NCBI GenBank assembly: GCA_951406725.2 | Contig: OX597817.1 | Location: 120,652,001-120,716,000, forward strand | Source of the DNA: Octopus vulgaris | Taxonomy: Eukaryota | Direction of reading: 5' to 3' | Length of the DNA stretch: 64,000 nucleotides | In this document: in pieces, positions 53,240-64,000 of the stretch | How the letters are laid out: each line of letters begins with the position of its first letter | Position numbering within the stretch: the first letter of the stretch is position 1 | The notes under the pieces: generated by a model | Told to the model about the DNA's origin: nothing | The model's input: the letters and a program-made list of their open reading frames with translations, nothing else | The model's database searches: none | Made by a program: the position numbers and the translations under genes

Positions 53240-53526
53240 GTAATGCTAGAATTATTAATTCAATATTAGAGAAATTTTTAATAGTATATATGTATATTGA
53301 GAGAGAGAAAGAGAGAGAGAGTTAGCACCTTCTAACTCTATTGTCTTCCGGCATAAAAGAATAAACAAAAAGTTTGTATTACCCAACTGCAGTTGAAATA
53401 AAGGCCTAGAGGCAATAAACAGAAAATATTGCTGCCAGGAAGGTGACATAAGCTAATCCAGTAAGTAGTGAGGTGGTGGTGGTAGAAATAGGGGCAGCAG
53501 CAGCAGCAGCAGCAATAATAATAGTC

Positions 53527-53739
53527 TTTTCTACAATAGGTACAATACCTGAAATTTGGGGGAGGGAACTAGTTGGTCACATCGACCCCAGCATTTCGCT
53601 GGTACTTATTTCATTGACCCCGAAAGGATGCAAGGCAAAGTCAACTCTGGCAGGATTTGAACTCAGAATTTAGTGATAGGTGAGATACTGCTAGGAATTT
53701 TGTCTAGTGTGTTAACGATTCTGCCAGCTTGACACCTTA
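53527..53739 (-). mobile_element. SINE family B
   Basis: Colinear with 14648-14881. Further copies near 18735, 20045, 42080, 45707, 54470 and 55190. Confidence 0.8.
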
Positions 53740-53805
53740 GCAATTATAATAATAATTATAATGATGATAATAATAATAATAATAATGATGATGATGATGA
53801 TGATA

Positions 53806-54283
53806 ATAACCATATTGTCTCTGGCTAAGAAGGAATGCATTCATAGGCATGACAGAGTTGAGACCTATATACACTGGAAGCTATGCCAGTACTATAGAAT
53901 AATTACAGGAAAAAGATGGTATAGGCACACCCCAGAAAAGGTCACAGAAAATGAGAAAGCGACCATATTATCGGATATGCCAATACACATAGATAGAAAA
54001 ATTAAGGCCAATAGGCTGGCTATTGTTGTCAGAGATCACCAAGAAAAACATGCTTTCTAATCAATATATCAATACCAACAGATGACAATAGAGAAACTTT
54101 CGAAATACAAAGATCTAGAAATAGAAGTAACTTGACTGTGGATCTAAAAACAGAAACAATTCCTATTATAGTAGGAGCACTAGGTATGATAAAAAATCAT
54201 TCAGAAAATACATAACAAAAACATCAGGACTTATAAGTATATATAACATACAGAAAATAGCACTACTAGGCATTGCACACATA
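53806..54283 (+). mobile_element. R4/Dong-clade non-LTR retrotransposon remnant (restriction-like endonuclease domain)
   Basis: HIVSG/LAKKECIHRHDRV..IHWKLC..WYRHTPEKV.ENE..IL.D.PI..D..IKANR..IV, then EKLSKYKDLEIEV..ETIPIIVGALG. Preceded by (TAA)n(TGA)n. Confidence 0.88.
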
Positions 54284-56798
54284 ATGTAAAGTAAACGTAG
54301 TGTAAATCTCTTTAAGTAGAACAACTTGTCTGTCATAAATGCATTTCATGTTCAAAACTGAAGCAATGTAAAATAAAGTGCCCTGTACCCTGCAGTTAGT
54401 TCGAACTCACAATATGGGAGTCCACAGTCTCATATCTATTTTTAATTTCTACAATAGAATATATTGGTTTATAAAATTGGTACAAGGTCACAATTTTGTT
54501 GGAAGGGTATAATCAATTGTTTTCTCTATTTTATTTGTTCAACACCATGTTGATGAAAGATAAAGTTTATCTCAGCAGGATTTGAACTTAAAATATAAAG
54601 AGGTAGGTGTAACTAAATGTGGTAAGGCATTTTAGTCAATTGCTCTGACAAATGCTTGCGAGAACATATTGACAGTAAATCAACCTGTTAGAGTATGTAT
54701 GGTCTTCACTATGGAGATAAATTCCTCTCAAAGAAGCGTAGAAGAATATGGAATAATGTTATTGCCTACAAACTGTATTAATGATTGACATGACCTTTTT
54801 TGGCATTTCACCAGATTTTGTTAGTGATTAGATTAAAAATCAGACAAACCATTGTGGTTGAAAGAGTGTTTTTTATTCTTGCTCTGGATTTGGCATGTCT
54901 GTATCACTTCTCATATATCTTTGCAGCTACAACTGCCTTTTCTGATAAATACTTTCTGTTGTTTACTCTGTCATACCTACTCATTATAAGTTGACTGCTC
55001 TGTATTAACTACTCTAAATATATTTATAAACAAATTTTCCATATATCCCCATTAGGCCTCTTCCTCAAAATCCACACAGTCAAAGTTATCATTCATGTAC
55101 TAGAATCAATTCAGCCAACTCTGTCTTTCCCTGACAAATTCACAGCTTTGTACCAATTCTAAGAAAATAATCAGAATTATTTTGTTATTGGCAGTGTTGG
55201 TAGAGATGCAGACAAGATATTTTTGCTTTGATTAAACCAGTTCCTTTGCAATCTGAGTTCAAACATCCCTAAGGATCAATTTTTGACTGTCATTCTTGTG
55301 GCATAGATAAAATAATTATTTGTCAAGTACCAGGATAAATCTACTTGGTTACAGACATCTTTAAGTTTCATGGCCTTATACATATGCTAAAAGCGATTAT
55401 TTTGTGTCAATAAATATAATTGATTCTGTAAGTAATTAAATTTATGGGACAAAACTATTCCCTTGGACAGGATCCATTCAACCAAAGAAAGCTTACCGCA
55501 TGAAAAGTCAAGCACTCAGCAAGCATAAGCTCATGAAAGCTCTCAACAATTTTTGAAAATACTGACATTGTTTATAGTTGTTAAAATAACACCTTGTGGT
55601 TTCTGCAGTAGACATAATACAATAAACTGTTAGCCCTCCTTTGACTGGCTATTGAATACTCTACTGTTGGCCATCAGCAGCTCTTGGTTATAGATAAATG
55701 AAGTTTGTACATTTTTGCAGTATTTCATAAATTTTTTCATATTTTTTGCTTCATCTTAAGTCCACTATTTCATGCTATTAGATTTCAGGAATATTTTTAA
55801 CATATAAGGCAGGGCATAATATTATAGGCATGATGCTTTGAATAATTTCATTTCTTTCTGTTTATTTTCATTTAATATTTGTAGGTAATTTTTTTCTAGA
55901 TTGAAAGTCAATTGATTGACCAAATTGATAGGTTGCGAAATTATTGGTTAAAAGATTATATGGAATTATATAACATGGAGGAAAGTAACTTATTAGGAAC
56001 AATATAAACTGGATAGGAATTTAAGTGAATGAACCAGAAATTGTAGTACCTTCATGGCAGTTAAAACAAAGTGAAACAATTGACTCTATTTATCCTGCTT
56101 AGGCATGATATTATATTGATGTCTGTAAATTGTTTAAACATTTTGAAAAAAATTTCTGTTGATAAATAAATTCATTCTTTCTTTATTGCAAACAAATCAC
56201 TGGTGTCAAATAACAATATAATACCTATTTTTCAACCAGATAAATTGAGTCAAATTATATGTATTATCTATTTATATGAGGCTATCAAACTGTTGGAAGA
56301 AGCAAAATTAGGATTCAGAAGGTTTGACTGAAAATAAAATAAAATCTAAATGGCATTTTGTTTATGGAAAGTACAGAGTGATAAGGTCTCATTCACTGGC
56401 TTTAAACAGCAGCAACTGGGACACCTACAAAATTTATACTCAACAATCTATTTTTCATTTAATGTTTATAAGTTTATGTCACTCAATAATTCACCAGATA
56501 TATTCAGTCATCAACTTGATGCTAACTATCATATCGTTACTACCCGTTGTCGCAAGAACTAGTCGTTAATATTTAATCACATCTTACTGTCATGACAACT
56601 AAATGTAAGAGTCTCCATTTTTAATGATGAGCTGTAATAAATTTCCCATCATAAACTTTGTTCGGTAAATGAAAGCACAGTTGCTACTACTCTCTCCCTA
56701 CTCACACTCTGCTATTGTATCTCATTATAACATATTTGAGATCATTTGCAGAGAGTGAACAATTACTTAATAATGTCCTTCCTCTCTTTTCTCTCACC

Positions 56799-56855
<57 letters not shown>

Positions 56856-57463
56856 TCTGCTTCACTCTCTCACTCTCTCATTCTCTCTCACTAACTCATG
56901 CTGATATGAATGCCACTAGGGCTCTCTGAAGGTGTTACAATTATCAAAATAGACATGGTGCCATGTTACCATTATGTCCTATAATTGTCTAGGATATACT
57001 TGATTTCATTCGAGCCACTGTGTAATGTTAAATTTAACTCAGGAACTCTTTATCTAATAAGATAAAGCCTATAAGATATTTCAACAAGTATGGGTTATCA
57101 GTGGTCAAGTCTGCCTAAGCAGATTATTTCTGATGGAGGTGGTGTTAAACCTTGATTAATTCTTCCTCACTGAAAGGCAGCAATGATAGTTCTAGGAATA
57201 AGTTGATTTCAATGCTTCATTAATTTCAATTAATGATAATAAGGAAAACCTTAAGCACTTGGACAATTTATTCATACATACATAGGAACACACACACATA
57301 TACATGCAGTTATGCACATAACAAACATGAATGTATACATATTAAACTGAAGCTACTGAGTTATGTTTGTCTATAGATTATATTCATAACATTAATTAAT
57401 GAATGACATATATATATATATATATATATATACTGACTATGTGAGCATGTGAGCATGTATATC

Positions 57464-57506
<43 letters not shown>

Positions 57507-57511
57507 AATCT

Positions 57512-57578
<67 letters not shown>

Positions 57579-58964
57579 ATGTGTGTAGCTGTAGCTGTCA
57601 CTGTGCCTGTTAACAATGATTAGATTTTCCTCTAAGCATGAAAATTAATAATTTCCTATGAAATTAATTCATTATTCCATGAGATTATCTCTACTTGTCT
57701 TTGATAGTTGTAAACAGTTGCCACTAGGTTTTTGTTTTCTTTCTCTAACAAAGGGGCTAAAAATTCATTAAGAATGTTTTTGTGTTCATCATGTAAGTAC
57801 ATTTCCTCCATGCCATTTGTCTGTTTGAGCTATTTCCCCTTGATGATGATGATGATGATGATCATGATCATCATCATCATCATCATCATTGTGTGTGTGT
57901 GTGTGTAAATGTATGTATATTGTATGTTGTTTATTTGTCTATCACCAATTCATAAGAAACTAATTAATTTTCAATGTTAAATTTTAATTGTAACAAGTAA
58001 TATCTGATAAATTTAATTAGCAAAATTTGCTAGTCAATGTTATTTTATCAGCCTATACAAAACAGAGCAGCATCTTCATATTCTCAAAGAAAGTTTCTCA
58101 GTTGCATTTCTTTTACATATTGTCATTCTGACAATGTCCAGCATTTCCAACCATGACAGAGTTATTGATATAGATAACTAGAAACAAATGAAAATGTAAT
58201 TGTATTATGCATTGCATTACCCATAGAGATAAAAGAATCACCCCTCACACACGCACACATTGCTGAGAAACAGGCTCACCTTCATATGCATATAAACATT
58301 AATACTCTACTAAGTTAAACAGCCAATGAAGTACCTTTTACATTATTGCTCAGAAATAGCAAAGTCTCCATGAAGAAGAAAATTGAGAAACATATTTTAA
58401 TACAGGCCTGGCTGTGTGGTTCAAAGGCCTGCTTGTCAGTCATGTAGATTCAGTCCCACTGTAAAGCATCTTGGGCAAGTGTCTTCTAGTGTAACCACTT
58501 GCCAACCAAAGTCTTGTGAGTGGAGTTGATACCTCTGGGCCAATAAAAGCTTTGTGAGTGGATATGGTTGGTGAAAACTGAAAGAAGCCTGTCATAGATA
58601 TGTATGTGTGTATGTGAATGCATGTGTGAGTTAGTGTCTCCTTGTCTTGGCAGAGGATGAGTGATGTAAACCATCATAACGTTGTTTGTTTTCAATCTAC
58701 TGTGAAAGCAAGTCAGATCATGGGGAAAATAAATGAGGGTGAAAACAGGAAGGATAATCTGGCCATAGAAAATATGCCTCAACAAATTCTGTCTGAGTTA
58801 TGCAAGAATGGAAATTTGGGCATTAAAATGATGATGATGATATCAGATAATGTTGCTCCCTAACTAAACCAAACAAGCCAATAGTTAAAATATGTAGACA
58901 TAAACCATATGGTCTCGTAGATGTATTTTATAGAGACAAACACAGATATGTGCAGACAGAGTAT

Positions 58965-59109
58965 ATCATCATCATCATCATCATCATCGTTTAACGTCCG
59001 CTTTCCATGCTAGCATGGGTTGGACGGTTCAACTGGGGTCTGGGAAGCCCGAAGGCTGCACCAGGCCAGTCAGATGTGGCAGTGTTTCTACAGCTGGATG
59101 CCCTTCCTA

Positions 59110-59110
<1 letters not shown>
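58965..59110 (-). mobile_element. Family E 3' fragment, young subfamily
   Basis: Near-identical to 26054-26195. Confidence 0.9.
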
Positions 59111-59141
<31 letters not shown>

Positions 59142-59152
59142 ATGTGTGTGTG

Positions 59153-59183
<31 letters not shown>

Positions 59184-59220
59184 AATGTGCACTGTGTGTG
59201 TGTATATATATATATGTGTA

Positions 59221-59277
<57 letters not shown>

Positions 59278-60337
59278 GTATATATATATATAGATATGTG
59301 TATATATATACATTACATAATATTTTCAATTAAGAAATGTTGAAACAATTTTCCTTTGCTCACTAGTTCCTTTCATATGCTTGAAATGAAAAGATGCACT
59401 GTTTTATTTCAGTGATCCATCAAATACAAGCTTTTCTCTTAAACTTCAAATATTGAGAAAATATCTCTTCTTCAAATAAATAAGTTGCTTCTGTTTTAAC
59501 CTCTGTGTTGTTTTATTCTTTATTGCTGTGCTACCTTCAAATCTTTAGTACCTTTAAATAACCTACATTTAATTTGTAACAAATATCTTTGCCACTGTTT
59601 AACTAGCTTCTGGAATTTGAAATTTAAAGATTTCACTAACATTGATTATTATAAGATTTGATTCTTTAAATAGCAAGTATGTATTCTGGCTTCTGTATAA
59701 TATATTTAATATAAATATAAAAGAGGTTATCTGGACCAAAGATCAAGGCATTTACTTAATAAAAACCATGAAATTTTAATCACATCACGATAAAGGTTAT
59801 CAGGATGTAATTTTTTTTTTCTTGCAAACATGAACATTTGCTAAACTCCAAGAATGGTGAAAAAGTATCAGAACTATTTCCATGAGATTTAAACTCATAA
59901 AAACTATTTTAAGAAAGGCTATAATCATGTACTTGCCTACAGCATAAATTCATGTGAAAGGCTGAATGCAAGCACATTGAAAAAGCAGCTGGGTATGAAA
60001 GATGTTGATTGCTCTCTCTCTACAAAAGCAAGAGCAGCACTAGTATTTTTTAAAATTATTATTTAATCTAAAGAAGAGGATTATGAGAATGAAGATGCTG
60101 AAACCTGAAAATAGTATAAAAACCTTTTCACCTTTAGGGATTGTCACTAAAGTCTCTCATGTTGACTTTAACATTTATTTTATTACACCTAATAAACCCT
60201 CTGTTTTGGTTTTTTGAAGAAAGCATACAGTATTCAGTTTATCACTCCTTAACATATTTTATTTACATTTTGATTATTGATCCAATTGATTTATTAATAC
60301 ATTTTATTTATTTATTTATTTTAGTTATGTAAATTAT

Positions 60338-60560
60338 ACTCTCTTTTACTTGTTTCAGTCATTTGACTGCCGCCATGCTGGAGCACTGCTTTAGTCGACC
60401 AAATCAGCCCTGGTACTTATTCTTTGTAAGCCTAGTACTTATTCTATCGGTCTCTTTTGTCGAACTGCTAAGTTACAGGGATGTAAGCACACCACCATCA
60501 GTTGTCAAGCGATGTTGGGGGGACAAACACAGACATGCAAACACTTACACACACACACAT

Positions 60561-60598
<38 letters not shown>

Positions 60599-60763
60599 TG
60601 ACGGGCTTCTTTCAGTTTCCATCTACCAAATCCACTCACAAGGCTTTGGTTGACCTGAGGCCATAGTAGAAGACACTTGCCCAAGGTGCCACACAGTGGG
60701 ACTGAACCCGGAACCATGTGGTTCATAAGCAAGCTACTTACCACACAGTCACTCCTGTGCCTA
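60338..60763 (-). mobile_element. SINE family A, full length
   Basis: Colinear with 9095-9537. Confidence 0.92.
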
Positions 60764-61159
60764 TGATCAAAAATTATTTATAACTCTATATGTGAAAACC
60801 TTTGTCTGCTTATCAAGCAATCTTCATTAGATTATACTTTACTGATGAGATCTAAAACTCTGAAACATGTCTGCAGTTGCTTCTTGTCCACAAACACAAA
60901 TCCTACCTTCTCCTAGACTTTTAAATGAACACCAAGAAATTGATTTAATTTTTAAAAATTATCTCCCTTTTCCTTGAGTTTTTTCTTCTTAATTTTTATT
61001 TATCATTTTCAGTTAAAAAATGAAATTTCAGTTAAGAGACATTCAGTAATTCACCTTTTATAGAAATAGAAATTCTTAAGAATGACTATTAGGCATTGTG
61101 ATGAAATGGTATCACTTCAAATGATTACTAGTAATAATGGCCACCAATATGATATCTGA

Positions 61160-61600
61160 TTTAAGTTCAAACCCAGCAATTTGCAGGGAAAGGATAGTAA
61201 TTGATATTTTCAATCCCTGTTCATAACTGGTACAATGCTATCAACTCTGAAGAGATAAAAGGCAAAGTTGAATTCACTGGGATTTGAACTCAGAATGTGA
61301 AGAGCTGGAATAAATGCTGCAAATCATTTTTTTCTGATGCTCTAATGATTTTGCCAGTTTGCCACAATTATAATTATCATTAATATCAGTTTCCAATTTT
61401 GGCACAGGGCCAGCAGTTTCAGGGAAAGGGCTAAGTTGGTTAGATTGACCCCAGTGCTCAACTGGGACTTATTTTATCAACCCCCAAAAAATGAAAGGCC
61501 AAACTGACTTCAGCATAATTTGAACTCAGAACATGTAGATGAATGAAATTCCATTAAGCGTTTTGCTCTGTGCGCCAACGATTCTGCCAGCTTACTGCTT
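61160..61600 (-). mobile_element. Two adjacent family B SINE copies
   Basis: Both contain aaaggc..aa..tttgaactcagaa..gatt(t/c)tgccag. Confidence 0.75.
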
Positions 61601-61764
61601 TATAAGTACCATTAATATCATAATTTAAAATGTATAATTTTTTATTTCAATTGATTTTATCTAGCTGAAGAGTCTGTGCCCACAACCTTTACAGCTTCTC
61701 TGAGACAGGTAATGATAATAATTCCTAAATAAATATTCTGCAACATGGCTATAGATGTGATGTG

Positions 61765-62153
61765 GATGTGTGGTAAGAGGTTTGCTTCCCAACCACAAGG
61801 TTCTAAGTTCAGTTCCACTACATGGCCCCACTGGTACTGTAGCCCTGAGCCAACCAAAGCCTTATTAGTAGATTTGGTTGACAGAAACTGAAAGTACATT
61901 GTGTATATATGTATACATCTATGTGTGTGTGTGCGCAAGTGTGTATCTCTTTATGTTTGTATCCACCACCTATTGGCAAATTGGTGTTGGTTTGTTTTTT
62001 TCCCTGTGACTTAGCAGTTAGGCAAAAGAGACTGAAAGGATAAGCATCAGACTTTCAAAGAAGAAACATGTACTGGGGCAATTTACTTGACCAAACCATT
62101 CAAGGCAGTGCTCTAAAATGATTGTTGTCCAATTACTAAATCAAGTAAAAGAT
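61765..62153 (+). mobile_element. SINE family A, diverged
   Basis: gtgtggtaagaggtttgcttcccaaccac ... caagtaaaagat. Confidence 0.8.
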
Positions 62154-63641
62154 AACATAATTTGTGCCATGAATAATTTTAGTTTAATTTCTATTATTTG
62201 TTCAGGTAATTTTCTTCTTTTGTCATAATTGAATTTAATATTCTGTTACACTTAAATTGCAAAGTAATCATTTTTTCTTTCACCTTATAAGAAAAACCAC
62301 CTTACATAAAAATTCATGTAAGGTCACTAGTATTCAAACACACACCACATATACAAGCATTCATTGACACATTATTTTAATACCTTTTGTTAATTGGTGG
62401 GCTAAAGTTTGTAGATGTAGACAAGAGAAAATTTAATATGCAAATGAAATCCTGAGAAAATGAAGATAGAGATATCACACTGAACCAAAACCTTGTTGTA
62501 ACAATAAAAACAAATATGTTAATTGCCATTACACCTGACTAATTAACTAATGCTCAGGTGGGTTTCTCAGACAGTTTTATCTTAGCACCAGTGAAGTCTG
62601 ACATTATCAATTTTGATAAAAGTGACAAGAACTAATGCTTATGGCACCTACCAACACATATACATAGCTCACACTATAATTTATATCGTTTATATCATTT
62701 GTTATCTTGATTATCTCTGACAGACCTAGCCAACCCATCACAAAACTAAAAGAGTGGATGAGGTATCAATTATTGCATCGATTGCTGCCATCAATATCTT
62801 TTGTCATTTCCAAAATGCTTTATTTATAATCATTTTCATTGGCTTTTACATCAGTTATTCTTTATCTATAAGCTTTTAAAATAGATGTTGGAATATTGCC
62901 CTGCCGCCAGGAACATTTGCTTTGCATTTCATACATGCTGTCATTTGCTCTTATGAGAGGAAGCTAACTGTAGCTGCTATGCCAAAGCCAATTACATTAT
63001 TAATGGTAAATATGGCTGCAAAAGTATTGTATACTATGTAGTAACAACAAGGAATGATCAGTAAAATGAGTTGCATTGAATTATTTAAGAATACCTCTAT
63101 AATTTGCCACCTACAACATATCAAAGCCTGATGATACGAACAAGCAATTCTAGATTGATACAACGATGATGTTGATGATGATAATGGAGGTGGTGGTGGA
63201 TGATAAAACACTTAGTGCAATGCTTTGTTCTTACTGGACTGAAAATGTGACCCAGCTTTGGTTCCCAGTTAGAATTCTTCACTTAGATTCTATCATTAAA
63301 ATTAAATTCTATAACACCAGGAATGGTAACAAAAATATCAACAACAAAACCTATGTTTACAGCAGCAGTAACATTACTGATAATGCCAATGATGAATGTC
63401 TATATATGGTTTATGTTTTCAGTGGATATTTAATTGTTATGTTAAGTAGATTACTTAACCTACTTGAAATAACAGTCAAATCTCTGTAGAAACACCTACC
63501 ATCTTAGAAAGAAAGACATATGGGACTATTTATATATATATATATATATTTCACTTCAACATTGTGCAACTAATAACCTGATGTAGAACTCAATATACAT
63601 ATGCTTTGGAATGAAGCACATATATATATACATTTTGCTGA

Positions 63642-64000
63642 CAAGAAAGTAAATTTTGAATGCAGTAAAGCTAGCAGAGAAAGATTGAGTATTTACCCTT
63701 ATAAGATGGAAAAAAAAGTTGTCAGAAGGCAGCTACAGGACCTGTACCCCTCAGATACTGGCTGGATGCTCTAGCAATTAAGCTAAACAACTCCTACCCC
63801 ACGACAACAATTACCATCAAATTTAATACTAAATTATAGCTTTTAAATGAGACAACAGTTCATCAAGAAAGTAAATTTCGAATGCAGTAAAGCTGTGAGG
63901 ACAGCAGAGAATGATTGGGTATTTACCATTATAAGATGGGAAAAAGCTGCCAGAAGGCAGCTATGGGGCTTGAACCCATAACTGTCAGATACTGGCTGAG
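63642..64000 (-). repeat. ~222-bp tandem unit containing a tRNA-like (Thr-AGT-like) sequence
   Basis: caagaaagtaaatt at 63642 and 63864. Reverse complement shows D-arm GCTT-AATTGCTA-GAGC, anticodon arm CAG-CCAGTAT-CTG, T-arm ATGGG-TTCAAGC-CCCAT, then TTTTT. Confidence 0.65.

Overview
AT-rich, repeat-dense eukaryotic DNA with no recognisable host protein-coding exon. It looks like a giant intron or intergenic region of a coleoid cephalopod, most likely Octopus; this is inferred from the SINE repertoire and the very high (TA)n/(CA)n/(TAA)n load. Nearly all long ORFs in the track are microsatellite translations. The real content is: at least five tRNA-derived or RTE-tailed SINE families; decayed RTE LINEs, one with three C-terminal C2H2 fingers; R4/Dong-type restriction-like-endonuclease LINE pieces in (TAA)n; two Penelope-like (GIY-YIG) elements; and hAT, piggyBac and mariner MITE remnants. 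The most interesting signals are: (i) a tRNA-headed short element carrying a minimal hammerhead ribozyme, inserted with Penelope-style inverted-plus-direct architecture and a 9-bp TSD (candidate Penelope-mobilised SINE); (ii) several unrelated minimal hammerheads with non-canonical cores; (iii) repeated asymmetric palindromes sitting in TA tracts; (iv) an RTE-tailed element built from hairpin plus H-type pseudoknot monomers, with a ~334-bp tandem multimer; and (v) a candidate 27-nt microexon. All family assignments are by eye and no database search was run.
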